A stretch of 64,000 nt of DNA from an uncultured Pseudomonadota bacterium (GTDB lineage: Bacteria; Pseudomonadota; Alphaproteobacteria; Rs-D84). The stretch is from the NCBI GenBank assembly GCA_947307295.1, contig CAMZIQ010000002.1:80621-144620 (forward strand). Reading direction: 5' to 3'. The number at the start of each line of letters is the position of its first letter. Position 1 is the stretch's first letter. Shown piece after piece: positions 46,714 to 58,182 of this stretch. Both the position numbers and the translations under genes were made by a program. A model generated the notes under the pieces. It searched no databases, was not told the DNA's origin, and was given only the letters and a program-made list of their open reading frames with translations.

Positions 46714-47811
46714 TTACCCTTTTTTAGCATTTTTTAATCTTAATTGTCCACATGCAGAACCTATATCTGCGCCACGTTCACGTCTTATTCGTGTATGTAT
46801 CCCATTTTTTATCAAAATATCTTGGAATCGATGCACTGCGTTTCCAGAAATTGATGCGAAATCACGTTCGTCTACGCTGTTCCATGGAATAAGGTTTACC
46901 ATAACATTATGTCCATGTAATAATTCTACCAATTTTTCAGCATGTTCGTTATTCGCGTTATAAAGCGTCACAGAATCGTTTTTATCTTTTTTACCCAGCA
47001 ATATATATTCAATCATTAATTGGCGATTGTGCGTGTCTGAAAATGCGAAAGCAGCATCCAATACTTCGCCTAATTTATATTTATTATTTATCGGCATGAT
47101 AGATGAACGTAATTCATCTGTTGGTGCGTGCAAAGATATCGCCAAATTTATCGGGCGACCCCATTCGTTTAATTTTTTAATACCAGGCACTATGCCACAC
47201 GTAGAAACAGTTATTCTGCGCCAAGATATGTTTAATTCGCTGTTTGCACGTTCCAAAAATCCAATCACGTTTTCTGTGTTTTGCAATGGTTCGCCCGTCC
47301 CCATAACGACTATGTGAGAAACATCGTCATTATTTGGATCGCCGTTCGGATGAATATCGCGGGTTTTATCACCACGTAATTCCCAAGCTGCCACCAAAAG
47401 TTGCGCATACATTTCATTCACAGTCAGATTGCGTTTAAGCCCCAATAATGTCGAAGCACAAAATTTACAACCCATTGCACAACCGGCCTGGCTTGATACA
47501 CAAACGCTATTTCCATACGTGGTTCGCATCAAAACACATTCTATTTGTTCGCCATCATTTAATTCCAGCAAAAATTTAGTTGTTTGATTATCAGAACTTT
47601 CTAATTTTTTTACAACCTTTAATGGCAAAGTTTCAGCAGTTTCGTTTAATTTTTCCCTTAATTCAGCAGGCAAATTTTTCATCACACTAAAATCAGGCGC
47701 ACCACGATTAAGCCATTCGCGAATTTGTTTCGCACGGAAACGTGGCAATCCTGCATCAGTCACAAATTTTTCCAGTTCTGAATCTGTTAAATTAAACAAT
47801 ATAGTTTTCAT
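46714..47811 (-). CDS. rlmN: 23S rRNA/tRNA m2A methyltransferase RlmN (radical SAM)
   Basis: CxxxCxxC cluster GCAMGCKFCAS and the downstream cysteine motif, 365 aa. Confidence 0.9.
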   Translation of the reverse strand: MKTILFNLTDSELEKFVTDAGLPRFRAKQIREWLNRGAPDFSVMKNLPAELREKLNETAETLPLKVVKKLESSDNQTTKFLLELNDGEQIECVLMRTTYGNSVCVSSQAGCAMGCKFCASTLLGLKRNLTVNEMYAQLLVAAWELRGDKTRDIHPNGDPNNDDVSHIVVMGTGEPLQNTENVIGFLERANSELNISWRRITVSTCGIVPGIKKLNEWGRPINLAISLHAPTDELRSSIMPINNKYKLGEVLDAAFAFSDTHNRQLMIEYILLGKKDKNDSVTLYNANNEHAEKLVELLHGHNVMVNLIPWNSVDERDFASISGNAVHRFQDILIKNGIHTRIRRERGADIGSACGQLRLKNAKKG

Positions 47812-48632
47812 AATTTATACCTGTCATCGTTTATGATAATTACAGCCTTTCTGCGTAATTGTTTTAATTGCTGGTCAGCAATCGAAGAAGCTTTTTTAAA
47901 TTCTGCATTTTGTTTTATTATGTTATCCAGATTTTTATATTCTTTGCCTTTCTTTTCGCTGCACACCAAAACAACAGAACTGTTTTCAACTTTTGACCAA
48001 GTTAAAAGCGGTAATCCAGAAATTCTTTCGCGTATCTCTGGCGCTAATTCATAGTGCATAGCAGTAATTTTTTGCGGATATCCACCTAAATCTTCAACCA
48101 TTTTTTCAGCTGCGTCACAGCTTTTGGGTTTTGTTAATTTTTGTGCAATTTCGGATGGAATATCAGTTAATCTTATCATTGTAATTTCGATTGGTAAACC
48201 ATGTTCGCGGGCTATGGCAGATTTTTCTTCGGCTATGTCAGATGTTGACACTTCAATTGTAGGAATGATTGTTCGGCTGGTGATAACTTGCCATGCTATA
48301 TCAGAACGAACAGCTAAACGCGCCATAGAACGCATAGTTGGACTTAATTCACCCAAATTCATACGCTTTAATTCTTTGTCAGCATCAGCATCTGTAGGCT
48401 TTACATTAAACTTTGCCGCATAATCTAATTTAACATAATCATCAATGATGTTTTGAAAAGCTTGTTTGCGGTTTGTTGTGGAAACTTTACCTTGGCGCGC
48501 CATTAATTCTGTGCGTGCAGTTATATCCGAATCTGTTATTGGATTACCATTTACTGTGCCAACCACAGTTGCACTATTTGCACATTCAATACTAAAAAAT
48601 AATATTGTGAAAATACTAAATATTTTTTTCAT
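47808..48632 (-). CDS. SurA-like periplasmic chaperone (N-terminal domain only, no obvious PPIase domain)
   Basis: Signal peptide. Position directly downstream of lptD as in lptD-surA operons. Helical chaperone-domain-like sequence. Confidence 0.45.
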   Translation of the reverse strand: MKKIFSIFTILFFSIECANSATVVGTVNGNPITDSDITARTELMARQGKVSTTNRKQAFQNIIDDYVKLDYAAKFNVKPTDADADKELKRMNLGELSPTMRSMARLAVRSDIAWQVITSRTIIPTIEVSTSDIAEEKSAIAREHGLPIEITMIRLTDIPSEIAQKLTKPKSCDAAEKMVEDLGGYPQKITAMHYELAPEIRERISGLPLLTWSKVENSSVVLVCSEKKGKEYKNLDNIIKQNAEFKKASSIADQQLKQLRRKAVIIINDDRYKL

Positions 48633-48644
48633 TGTCCTTTCCTT

Positions 48645-50681
48645 TTAATAATGTTTGCCATCAATACTCATACCGAATTTAAAACTGTAAGTAGTATTTC
48701 CGACATAGTCACTTTTGATAGTGTTATCACGATAATATTCCAAAGAAAAATGATAACACGGATGTTCGTAAAAAATACCACCACCATGCCCATGAACAAT
48801 GTGTTCATACGCATTGTAAATCACAGATTCACGCGCAAATATACGTCTGGTTAGTTTTAATCCAACGCCTGCAGAAATTTCGTGAGTATTTTGATCGTCA
48901 GCAGAAAAAACATCAATAGGCTGAGTGTCCCAAATATGCCCGACTGTTAAATAATATCCGTCTTTACCAACATAAAGCGAATTTTCAATATGGCTTAATG
49001 ATGCATCTTCCCGGTCAAAACGAAAGCGACTGGATATTTGAAAATATTTCCTTGAATAAGCAACACGCCCAACATAATCTGAAAAACCGTTTCTAAATCC
49101 GTTTTCATTAAAATCTTTATCAGCAGATTCGGTATTAAAATCGTATGTCTGACCCAAAAATATTTCAATGTTGTTATTATCGTTAAACGCAGCCCATCTT
49201 GCACCATAATCAATAAAATTGCCGTTTTCCCAAACGTCCAGACCAGCAAATCTATTGTCTGAAAATAATGTCGTATCCGATAAAAATCGACCAGCAGAAT
49301 CATTGTTAACAGAAAACACAGCATCTTTGCTGGAATGTTCCATAATTGTTAAACGTGCGCGCGGTTCAATGATATAAGTCCAATCATTTTTCACGCTGTA
49401 TAACGGCAGTCCCCATTCTAAATAACCGTTTGGTAAAAACCTGGACTTTATCCCAGAATAAGATTCTACTATTTGATTATCATCATACACAGGTGTTTTG
49501 TTAAAATTATAAATATCATAACGAGTAGCCACGCTGGCAGTAAAACGATTTCCACCCCATAATGTCCAAGGGGAAATTATGCGTGTTTCACCAATAACAC
49601 GTTGACTGTCTGAATTATGCCCGGATACGCCCAATATATCACCAGAAATACTTAAATAAGTTTCTTTGAAAAATGGGTCTGTTTGATATGTCCCACGAAT
49701 ATTAGGCAATATGTTTCCAGAAATCGAATGTTGATTACCTGCGGCTTGACGTAATTCTTGGAATATGTGCGCATCCGCAACAGCATAACTGGTTTGACCG
49801 AATAATTCTACCTTAGCACCAGAATCTAAGTACGGTTGATTATCGTAAAAACCATATTTCTGCAAATATGTTTTATCAGATGTTCTGGCAACATAAATCG
49901 ATGCGCGAGCATTTTCGCCCAATTCTATTTTATCATTGTTATAAAGATGCCAACGATTTTCACCTTCGGTGTTATGCGTAAAAGAACCATTTGTTCTGAA
50001 TTCTGAATGAGTCAGATTTAAACGATGTTCCAATTGAAATAATGGGTTTTCTTTGGTTAAATAAGAAACCGTTGTTGTCATATCGTGGGTTTCAGAAAAA
50101 TTAATATAAAATGGAACGTTGATTTGTAATCCCATTTCATTAGTAGAATTAAAACTGGGGTTTAAAAATCCCGTTTTATATTTAACAGACGGATCTGGCA
50201 TCTCATAATACGGCAACCATAAAATAGGAAAAGTATCATTATAAATCCAAAACGATGCGTTATGAAAATATAGCATCTTTTCTTCTGAATCATGAATTAT
50301 TTTATAACTGAAAATTTCCCACGCGTTTCCATAATCATCGCATCCATCACAAGCGGTAAATTCTGCGTGTTTTGCAATGGTTTCATTGCCTTCTCGCGTT
50401 ATTTCTTCGGCGCGAATATATACATGACTGCCCAACCATAATTCAATATTTTCAGCAGCAACACTATCATGGTCTTTGGACATGGTAAGGCTGTTTAATT
50501 TTACGCGTTGCCCAGAAGAGTTTGTCATTTCAGTATTGCCAGACGCTTTCATTTCTTCTGTTTTTATATCGTATTCAATTACGTCAGATTTTATTGTTTT
50601 TGGTTCATCCATTTTAACACCTAATGCAAAGGCACTAGATGTAAACAAATATGCTGATAAAAATGATACAAAATATCTCAT
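48645..50681 (-). CDS. lptD: LPS-assembly outer-membrane protein LptD
   Basis: 678-aa signal-peptide protein with beta-barrel character and aromatic C-terminus. Synteny with the surA-like gene and lptF/G. Confidence 0.65.
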   Translation of the reverse strand: MRYFVSFLSAYLFTSSAFALGVKMDEPKTIKSDVIEYDIKTEEMKASGNTEMTNSSGQRVKLNSLTMSKDHDSVAAENIELWLGSHVYIRAEEITREGNETIAKHAEFTACDGCDDYGNAWEIFSYKIIHDSEEKMLYFHNASFWIYNDTFPILWLPYYEMPDPSVKYKTGFLNPSFNSTNEMGLQINVPFYINFSETHDMTTTVSYLTKENPLFQLEHRLNLTHSEFRTNGSFTHNTEGENRWHLYNNDKIELGENARASIYVARTSDKTYLQKYGFYDNQPYLDSGAKVELFGQTSYAVADAHIFQELRQAAGNQHSISGNILPNIRGTYQTDPFFKETYLSISGDILGVSGHNSDSQRVIGETRIISPWTLWGGNRFTASVATRYDIYNFNKTPVYDDNQIVESYSGIKSRFLPNGYLEWGLPLYSVKNDWTYIIEPRARLTIMEHSSKDAVFSVNNDSAGRFLSDTTLFSDNRFAGLDVWENGNFIDYGARWAAFNDNNNIEIFLGQTYDFNTESADKDFNENGFRNGFSDYVGRVAYSRKYFQISSRFRFDREDASLSHIENSLYVGKDGYYLTVGHIWDTQPIDVFSADDQNTHEISAGVGLKLTRRIFARESVIYNAYEHIVHGHGGGIFYEHPCYHFSLEYYRDNTIKSDYVGNTTYSFKFGMSIDGKHY

Positions 50682-51910
50682 TTCTTTAACAACAAACCAA
50701 TTAAACCGAATAAAACAACAAAGACACCCCCCGCAACAAGACCCACGTCAGTCAAACTTGATACCATATTGGATGCAGACATGTATAATGACATAATCAA
50801 AGCCATTGATAATACAGACATTGCCGGCGCAAAACTAGCGCGTCTGCGCAATAACGATGTTTTTAACAATATTAATGTGCAAACAATAGCCAATATTAAA
50901 TTCATAAATGGATTGATTAATCTGGTGCATATTTCTACCAAAGTTAATTTATGATGTCTGGCATTTTCTTGTGAAAAAACAGATTCTAGTAATGTATATG
51001 TTGGAACACGACGTACGCGAAAAGTCATATCAGAATCATTTTCAACCAAATTTAAATCCATGTCTAAACTATCAAAAGTTCCAGTCGTAAAACCATTTTT
51101 TCCAAACATCTGCAAAGAACCGTTGTTCGTCACAATAGAAAGTCCGTGAATAGTAGATACCAATTTACCACGTTCTGCAAATACCAGCATTTGGTTTTTT
51201 TCTTCACGCATATCAGATATCATTAATTGATTTAAATCATTTCCTGATACATTGTCTACATAAACAACCAAACCATTTGCCAGCTTTGTAAACGCGCCTT
51301 CTTGTAATTTTAAATGTGCCAATCCATAACGCAAATTCCATTGAGTGCTGTAAAACATGGATTGACTGGCTGGCACAATCCAAATGTTTAATACCAGGTG
51401 CAATGCTGTTAAAATAGCCGCAAATTTAATAGCAGGTTTTGCGATTTGCCATGGAGATAAGCCAGAAGCTGCCATAACTGTCACTTCATTTTCTGAAATC
51501 ATTTTATTATAAACAAAAATCGTAGTGATAAATGTCACAAAAGGAACAATGATAGACATTATAAATGGAATCATCAGAGAAGTCAGATATACAAAACTGG
51601 AAAAATCAACACCATAAGTCAGTAAAAATTTCATCATGGTCATAATCTGCATCATCCATGCAACCCCGACAAGGATTAACAATAACATGATGAAGATACC
51701 CAGCAATTGATTCCTAAAATATTTATTAATTATTTTCATAAGAACAAGTATAAAGCCCAAAACTATAACCGTCAAGCAACAATACATTAGATGACGAGAG
51801 TATTGTAAAATTATAATTTTTTTCTTGCTTTTTAACGATTCGGGCATAATAATAGAGCGTGTTCTTAAAAAAGTTTTTAAGGGCGGGGTTAAAAAACCCC
51901 GCTCTTTCAA
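50678..51910 (-). CDS. LPS export ABC transporter permease, LptF/LptG (YjgP/YjgQ) family
   Basis: Three N-terminal TM helices, a periplasmic beta-jellyroll-like domain, and three C-terminal TM helices. Adjacent to lptD. Confidence 0.65.
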   Translation of the reverse strand: MKERGFLTPPLKTFLRTRSIIMPESLKSKKKIIILQYSRHLMYCCLTVIVLGFILVLMKIINKYFRNQLLGIFIMLLLILVGVAWMMQIMTMMKFLLTYGVDFSSFVYLTSLMIPFIMSIIVPFVTFITTIFVYNKMISENEVTVMAASGLSPWQIAKPAIKFAAILTALHLVLNIWIVPASQSMFYSTQWNLRYGLAHLKLQEGAFTKLANGLVVYVDNVSGNDLNQLMISDMREEKNQMLVFAERGKLVSTIHGLSIVTNNGSLQMFGKNGFTTGTFDSLDMDLNLVENDSDMTFRVRRVPTYTLLESVFSQENARHHKLTLVEICTRLINPFMNLILAIVCTLILLKTSLLRRRASFAPAMSVLSMALIMSLYMSASNMVSSLTDVGLVAGGVFVVLFGLIGLLLKK

Positions 51911-51941
51911 TAAAAGGCAATGTAAATTAAGGAGAAAGTAA

Positions 51942-53483
51942 ATGTCTTTTGAATCTATGCCACGTCAGGATTTATTGCTAGCCATTGATTCTTTGGCGCA
52001 AGAAAAAATGATAGACAGGGAAACTGTTATTGAATCTTTAGAAGCTGCGATTGCTAAAATTGCGAAACATAAATACGGTGAAGAATTTAATATTGTTGCA
52101 CAAATAGACCGTAAAAATGGCGCAATACATGTAAAACGTTTGTTCGAAGTTATTGAATCCCCTGAATCTAAGGGTGATGAATATGATGCAAACACTATGT
52201 TGACTGTTAATCAAGCAAAAAAGTATTCAAAAAATCCAGTCGTTGGTGAAATGGTTGAAGATATGTTGCCAGAACCTGAATTTGGTCGTATGGCTTTTCA
52301 AACAGCTCGTCAAATCATGTCTGCAAGGGTCAGGGATGCAGAAAAAGGCAGACAATACGAAGAATTCAAAGAAAACATCGGTGATATTGTTAACGGTGTT
52401 GTTAAACGTATTGAATTTGGTAGTGTTTTTGTTGATATTAACGGCAAAGCCGAAGGTTATATTAAAAATACTGAATTAATCCCAGGCGAAAGATTGGCTG
52501 TTGGTGACCGTGTTCGCGCATTGATTATGGACGTTGTTCGTTCTAATTCTGGGCCACAAATCTTTTTAACAAGAACACATCCTATGTTTATGGAAAAATT
52601 GTTTACCCAAGAAGTTCCAGAAATATACGAAGGTATTATTAAAATTAAATCTGTATCTCGTGCGCCTGGTTCTCATGCTAAAATAGCTGTTGAAACCCAA
52701 GACCCATCTATTGATGCAGTTGGTATGACAGTTGGTATCAAAGGAACACGTATTCAACCTGTGATAAATGAATGTCATGGTGAAAAAATCGACGTTATTT
52801 TGTATTCCGAAGACCCAGCAGTATTTATCGTCAATGCTATGCAACCTGCGAAAGTTGCAAAAATTATTGTTGATGAAGATACTCATACAGCGGCTGTTGT
52901 TGTCACCGAAGATCAACAATCTTTGGCAATAGGTCGTCGTGGTCAAAATGTTCGTTTGGCTTCTCAGTTAACTGGTTGGAATATTGATGTTATGAGTGAA
53001 GCCGAAGAACAAGAACGTCGTGCAAAAGAATTCAAAGAAAAAACAGAATTGTTTACAACTGCGCTGGACGTTGATGAAACAATTGCTCAATTGTTGATAA
53101 CAGAAGGTTTCAGAACTATCGAAGAAATTGCTTATGTTGAACAAAAAGAATTAGAATCTATCGAAGGGTTTAATCCTGAATTGGCAACAGAATTGCAAAA
53201 TCGTGCAAAGGCATATCTTGCAAAGATAGAACAAGATTATTTTGATAATGGACATAAAATTGGTATGAGTGATGATTTGTTAAAATTTGATTTTATCAAA
53301 CGTCCAATTATCATGAAACTAGGCGAAGCAGATATTAAATCTTTATCTGATTTAGCAGATTTGGCTTCTGATGAATTAGTTGAAATTTTGGGCGAAGATA
53401 ATATGTCACCACGTTTAGCAGAACGTGTAATTATGAAAGCACGTGAATTGGCATATGGTATCGTTCCAGAAGAAGCGGAATAA
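51942..53483 (+). CDS. nusA: transcription termination/antitermination factor NusA
   Basis: NusA N-terminal domain, S1 and two KH domains (GRRGQNVRLASQLTG), 513 aa. Followed by infB. Confidence 0.92.
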   Translation: MSFESMPRQDLLLAIDSLAQEKMIDRETVIESLEAAIAKIAKHKYGEEFNIVAQIDRKNGAIHVKRLFEVIESPESKGDEYDANTMLTVNQAKKYSKNPVVGEMVEDMLPEPEFGRMAFQTARQIMSARVRDAEKGRQYEEFKENIGDIVNGVVKRIEFGSVFVDINGKAEGYIKNTELIPGERLAVGDRVRALIMDVVRSNSGPQIFLTRTHPMFMEKLFTQEVPEIYEGIIKIKSVSRAPGSHAKIAVETQDPSIDAVGMTVGIKGTRIQPVINECHGEKIDVILYSEDPAVFIVNAMQPAKVAKIIVDEDTHTAAVVVTEDQQSLAIGRRGQNVRLASQLTGWNIDVMSEAEEQERRAKEFKEKTELFTTALDVDETIAQLLITEGFRTIEEIAYVEQKELESIEGFNPELATELQNRAKAYLAKIEQDYFDNGHKIGMSDDLLKFDFIKRPIIMKLGEADIKSLSDLADLASDELVEILGEDNMSPRLAERVIMKARELAYGIVPEEAE

Positions 53484-53507
53484 GTTAACTTAACCAAAGG
53501 TTAAAAT

Positions 53508-55910
53508 ATGGCAACATTAACACTGGGAAAATCAGTAACGATTGGTGCAGTACAAAGCAAAAAAGGTGATGCTGTTTTTGTAGAACGTCGTCGCCGTATT
53601 GTTGCACCTGGCAGCAAAGAATTACGAGAAGAACCTAAAAAGGTTGAAACTGTGCGCAGCGTCGCAGATGAAAAATTGCGTGCTGTGTTGGCTGCTGCTA
53701 AGGCCAGAGAAGAAGAACGTAAAAAACGTGAAGCAGAAGAGGAAGCAGCGCGTCTTGCACGCGAAGCGGAAATTGAACGCGAAAATCGTGAATACGAAGC
53801 AGTTAAAGAACAACTGGCTCAACGTGAAACCAGCACAGAACAACAACCTGTTGAAGAAATTGTTAATACTGTGCCACGTGAAAATACTCACGAATCTAAA
53901 AAGAATAATGTTGCTTTTCAAAATCATAATAATCGCCGTGATAATGATGAAGAAGATACGCGTTTTGGCAAACAAAATCGCTTTAAAAAAGATTTCAAAA
54001 AGGGCGGAAAAATTTCTATCCACGATATTGTAATTGGTGGCGGCGAAGATGACGATGATGATGAAATCGGATTGCGTGGTGCTAACCGCAGACGTAGCGA
54101 AGCTTCATTAAAACGTTTTCGTGAAAAAGCACGTGCTGTGTTTACTGCACCACAAAAAGTTGAACATGTTGTCACATTGGGTGATACCATAACAGTTAAA
54201 GATTTGGCGGCTGCGATGGCAGAAAAGGTTGGTAATGTTATTAAAAAATTGATGGAAATGGGTATGATGGCATCACAAAACCAATCTATTGACGCAGATA
54301 CAGCTGAATTAATCGCAACTGAATTTGGTGCTACGGTTAAACGTGTGGTTGTAAAACCTTATGCTGATATTTTGGAAGCACAACCAAACCCAGAAAGATT
54401 ACAACCACGTTGTCCTGTTGTGACTGTTGTTGGACACGTTGATCATGGTAAAACTTCGTTGTTAGATGCTTTTCGTAATGCGAATGTTGTTGCTGGCGAA
54501 GCAGGCGGAATCACACAGCATATATCTTCTTATGAAGTTAAAACTAAATCTGGTGCTGTGATTACTTTCTTAGATACGCCGGGTCACGAAACATTTACAG
54601 CAATGCGTGCACGTGGTGCGCAAATCGCGGACATAGTTGTTTTAGTGGTTGCGGCTAATGATTCTATAATGCCACAAACAATCGAAGCAATTAATCACAT
54701 TCGTGCGGCTAAGGTTCCGTTTATAGTTGCAATTAATAAATGTGATTTACCCGAAGCTGACCCGCAACGTGTAAAAACTGATTTATTGCAACAAGAAGTC
54801 CAAGTTGAAGAAATGGGTGGTGATGTTCAATGCGTTGAAATATCTGCTAAAACAAAAATGGGATTGGATAAATTAGAAGAAGCAATTCTTTTACAAGCTG
54901 AAATTATGGATTTAAAAGCTGACCCAGAAATGTTGGCATCTGCCTATGTTGTCGAAGCAAAAATGGAAAAAGGTTTGGGTGCTGTCGCAACTGTTTTGAT
55001 AAGACAAGGAACATTGTCTGTTGGTGATGTTTTTGTTGTTGGTGAAACTTTTGGACGTGTGCGTGGGCTTATTAATTCTGCTGGCGTTCGTGTTAAATCA
55101 GTTAAACCAGGTCAACCAGCAATGGTTTTAGGATTGGAATCTGTGCCAAGTGCGGGTGATGAATTGCATGTTATGGAAACCGAAGCGCAAACACGTGAAG
55201 TCGCTGCTTACCGTGTGCAAAAGGCAAAGGATAAAGCAAACGCAGTTAAACGTTCAACACTTGAAGAATTGTTTGCTAAACGTGATGAAACAAAGAAATT
55301 AACTTTGCCAATTATTTTGCGTGCGGACGTACAGGGTTCTGTCGAAGCAATTTCTGATATGTTGCATGGATTTAATTCTGAAAAGGCTGGCGTAGAATTG
55401 TTGTCTGCTGGCGTAGGTCAAATTACCGAAGGTGACATCAGATTAGCCACAGCATCAGGTGCGGTTATAATCGCGTTTAATGTACGTGCTGATTCTGCTG
55501 TGCGCGATATGGCGCGTAATAATGGTGTTGATATCAGATATCACAGTGTTGTTTATCGTATCACAGACGAAATCAAAGAAATTTTGTCTGGTAAATTGGC
55601 ACCAGAACACAAAGAAAACTTTATCGGATATGCAGACGTTATTGCTTTGTTTACTGTTGGCAAAGGCACCAAGGTTGCGGGCTGTCGCGTTAGCGAAGGC
55701 ACAATTAAAAAATCTGCTTTCGTGCGTTTGTTGCGCAACAATGTTGTGATATATGACGGTAAAATCGGTGAACTGCGCCGCGAAAAGAACGAAGTTAGTG
55801 AAGTGTCAAATGGTGTAGAATTTGGTATGAGTTTTGACAAATACAACGACCTTAAAGAAGGTGACCGTGTTGAATGTTATGAAGTTCAAGAAGTCAAAGC
55901 CGAATTGTAA
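53508..55910 (+). CDS. infB: translation initiation factor IF-2
   Basis: G-domain [28 protein letters not shown]-rich N-terminal region. 800 aa. Confidence 0.95.
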   Translation: MATLTLGKSVTIGAVQSKKGDAVFVERRRRIVAPGSKELREEPKKVETVRSVADEKLRAVLAAAKAREEERKKREAEEEAARLAREAEIERENREYEAVKEQLAQRETSTEQQPVEEIVNTVPRENTHESKKNNVAFQNHNNRRDNDEEDTRFGKQNRFKKDFKKGGKISIHDIVIGGGEDDDDDEIGLRGANRRRSEASLKRFREKARAVFTAPQKVEHVVTLGDTITVKDLAAAMAEKVGNVIKKLMEMGMMASQNQSIDADTAELIATEFGATVKRVVVKPYADILEAQPNPERLQPRCPVVTVVGHVDHGKTSLLDAFRNANVVAGEAGGITQHISSYEVKTKSGAVITFLDTPGHETFTAMRARGAQIADIVVLVVAANDSIMPQTIEAINHIRAAKVPFIVAINKCDLPEADPQRVKTDLLQQEVQVEEMGGDVQCVEISAKTKMGLDKLEEAILLQAEIMDLKADPEMLASAYVVEAKMEKGLGAVATVLIRQGTLSVGDVFVVGETFGRVRGLINSAGVRVKSVKPGQPAMVLGLESVPSAGDELHVMETEAQTREVAAYRVQKAKDKANAVKRSTLEELFAKRDETKKLTLPIILRADVQGSVEAISDMLHGFNSEKAGVELLSAGVGQITEGDIRLATASGAVIIAFNVRADSAVRDMARNNGVDIRYHSVVYRITDEIKEILSGKLAPEHKENFIGYADVIALFTVGKGTKVAGCRVSEGTIKKSAFVRLLRNNVVIYDGKIGELRREKNEVSEVSNGVEFGMSFDKYNDLKEGDRVECYEVQEVKAEL

Positions 55911-55937
55911 AATACATAATATGTAAAAGGATGACAA

Positions 55938-56237
55938 ATGAAATACATTTTGCAATTAAAGACAGCTGTGGATATGTTAAAGTTGTTGAAAAAATCTATC
56001 ACCAGCAAAATTATCTGTGATGATAAAATAAGTTATCGTCTTTGTGATAAAGAATATAAAATATCTTGTATTGTTCAATGTGAAGCTACGAAGAACAAAA
56101 CAATTTACAGTTTCTTAACAAAACAAGATGATAAACTGTTAAATGTAAATATGAATCAAAATTTAAATAGGTTTTTATATAACAAGGTTGCTCAAACGCA
56201 TGAGCTTAACAGTAGAAAATTATCAACACAAAGATAA
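55938..56237 (+). CDS. hypothetical protein in the position normally occupied by rbfA (possibly a very divergent RbfA)
   Basis: 99 aa. Only faint resemblance to the RbfA pattern. Followed by a strong terminator. Confidence 0.3.
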   Translation: MKYILQLKTAVDMLKLLKKSITSKIICDDKISYRLCDKEYKISCIVQCEATKNKTIYSFLTKQDDKLLNVNMNQNLNRFLYNKVAQTHELNSRKLSTQR

Positions 56238-56257
56238 AGATAATAACTATAAAAAAA

Positions 56258-56285
56258 CACCGCCAATTTTGGCGGTATTTTTTTA
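56258..56285. terminator. bidirectional Rho-independent terminator caccgcc-aatttt-ggcggt plus T-run
   Basis: Read directly between the infB-operon end (+) and skp (-). Confidence 0.7.
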
Positions 56286-56296
56286 GTGCTTTATTT

Positions 56297-56956
56297 TTAT
56301 AAACCTTTTGGGGTTGCCATTTTAATTGATGAAATTTTCTTGTTCAATGCTTTGACAACTTCGTCTGTGATATCCAATCCGTTTATATTTGTCCCAACAC
56401 GAGCCATACGACCGTCAATCACCAAATCTAAATTTTTCTTTGCGATTATGCCTTCGATAAGTGGGTCCAAATGTTTTTTCTGTATCGTTGACAATGCTTC
56501 TTGATAAGAAGCTTCGATTGCTTGTGCGCTTTCAGACAAATCACGTTGGAATTGATTTACGCGACGTTGATATTCAACAACACGACGTTGCAAAGCTTCC
56601 TGAGATAATACGTCTTGAGATTTTTCAATATCAGCTTTTTCTTTTTCTATCGCTTTTTGTTCTTTTTCCAGTTTAGATTTTAATTTGCTTTCAAAAGAAG
56701 CGCGTTGTTTGTGCAAATCTTCCAACACAGTTGCTTCTGTTTGGATTTTATCCATACTGATTACAGCGACGCGCAAATCTGCAGCGGTGACCGCTGTTTC
56801 AGATACTTCTTTTAATGCGGTTGCAGTATCTACGCCCTTTTTAAGACCGGAAATTGCAAATATTCCAGCCACAGCCACAACCACTACAGCCGTAGCAATA
56901 ATGCCCATTTTTGAATATTTTTTTAACATTGGATTTAATTCTTTGGTTTGAGTCAT
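56297..56956 (-). CDS. OmpH/Skp-like periplasmic chaperone
   Basis: N-terminal TM/signal, long K/E-rich coiled coil, and C-terminal NLDLVIDG pattern typical of Skp. Confidence 0.5.
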   Translation of the reverse strand: MTQTKELNPMLKKYSKMGIIATAVVVVAVAGIFAISGLKKGVDTATALKEVSETAVTAADLRVAVISMDKIQTEATVLEDLHKQRASFESKLKSKLEKEQKAIEKEKADIEKSQDVLSQEALQRRVVEYQRRVNQFQRDLSESAQAIEASYQEALSTIQKKHLDPLIEGIIAKKNLDLVIDGRMARVGTNINGLDITDEVVKALNKKISSIKMATPKGL

Positions 56957-57031
56957 TTTTTCTTCCTTTTAGTTATTAGTTAATTATTAACTGCTTAAGA
57001 ATATAGCAAGATTTCCACAAAAAATCAATGA

Positions 57032-57712
57032 TTATCTGGCTGGGCTTAATCTTATTTCTATGCGGCGATTCATTAATCGACCCATGTCATCTTGGGCTGC
57101 AATCGGGCGCGCTGAACCACGACCAACTATGAACATGCGTGATGTAGAAACATCGTGTTGTGCCAGATATACGCCGACACGTTCAGCCATATCTAATGAT
57201 AATGCACCTGCGGCACTTTTATCTTTCATAGAATCTGTGTATCCCGCAATTTCCATAAATGTCGCGTTATATTTATTTAATATTTTTGAAATGATTTTTA
57301 ATGTGTCTGCACCATCTGATGAAATATCTGCGATATCATCCCGCATAATTGCACCACGTACCAAAATTATAACAACATCAGTTCCGGCGCGTTGGACAGA
57401 TAACCCGGGTTTGCGTAATGCATCATACAATTCATATTCTAATCCAGACATATATTTTACAAGCACCGTATTATCGATATTATTTTTATCACCATATTGC
57501 ATCTTTTCGGATAATTCACCTGATGCGGTGACTATTTTTCCACCATGTCCCATGTATATAGGTAATTTTGCGGTTTTGGCAGTTTCTGTCATATCCATAA
57601 AAGATGCACCATACAAATATTGATTCCATGTATTACGAGCAGGACTGTGGTATTGCAAACATCCTGATAATAAAATTGATAAAGCAACAAAAATTATTTT
57701 ATTCATTTTCAT
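57032..57712 (-). CDS. OmpA-family lipoprotein (OmpA_C / MotB-like peptidoglycan-binding domain)
   Basis: Lipobox LLSGC. C-terminal AGYTDS...SLDMAERVGVYL...GRGSARPIA...GRLMNRRIEI motif set. Confidence 0.75.
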   Translation of the reverse strand: MKMNKIIFVALSILLSGCLQYHSPARNTWNQYLYGASFMDMTETAKTAKLPIYMGHGGKIVTASGELSEKMQYGDKNNIDNTVLVKYMSGLEYELYDALRKPGLSVQRAGTDVVIILVRGAIMRDDIADISSDGADTLKIISKILNKYNATFMEIAGYTDSMKDKSAAGALSLDMAERVGVYLAQHDVSTSRMFIVGRGSARPIAAQDDMGRLMNRRIEIRLSPAR

Positions 57713-57715
57713 ATT

Positions 57716-58171
57716 TTATTGCGCAAAGAACGATATCATATTGTCGCCAGATTTCATACAATACGAAGAATCTGAAGAATCATAACCGTTCACATTTATA
57801 CGTGTTGCCCAATTAAATTTTTTTGTTGTAAAATATGCACATTCTGAAAAAGACAATCCTACTAAATTAATCGAAAATTCTGTGCCTTCAAAATTACTTG
57901 TCACAGACCAATCTTCACCACCAGCTGGTGCCCGATTATCATTAATCACGCCTGCTTCAATTAAATAGTCGACAGATACAGGCGTATATCCAGAATATTC
58001 CAACAAAGTTTTTGTTTTTTGTGCAATGTCTTTTAATTCTTCACTGGCAATTAAACGCTTTTGTTTTTCATTAGTGGTATGATAAATACTGTACGTTGCA
58101 GATATCATTAAAGCACCGATTGCCAAAACACCGATAATTTCTATTAAAGAACGTCCTGATTGCTCTCTCAT
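57716..58171 (-). CDS. type IV prepilin-like (pseudopilin) protein, 151 aa
   Basis: Class III signal MREQSG|RSLIEIIGVLAIGALMISA with Glu at +5 after the predicted cleavage site. Small pilin-size body with Cys pair. Confidence 0.6.
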   Translation of the reverse strand: MREQSGRSLIEIIGVLAIGALMISATYSIYHTTNEKQKRLIASEELKDIAQKTKTLLEYSGYTPVSVDYLIEAGVINDNRAPAGGEDWSVTSNFEGTEFSINLVGLSFSECAYFTTKKFNWATRINVNGYDSSDSSYCMKSGDNMISFFAQ

Positions 58172-58182
58172 TTTTATCCCTT

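Noticed and set aside
53599-54190. Several 90-140-aa ORFs on both strands inside infB (K/E-rich region)
   Set aside because: Low-complexity frames overlapping a confidently assigned gene. Typical antisense or alternate-frame artefacts of an AT-rich, K/E-rich segment.
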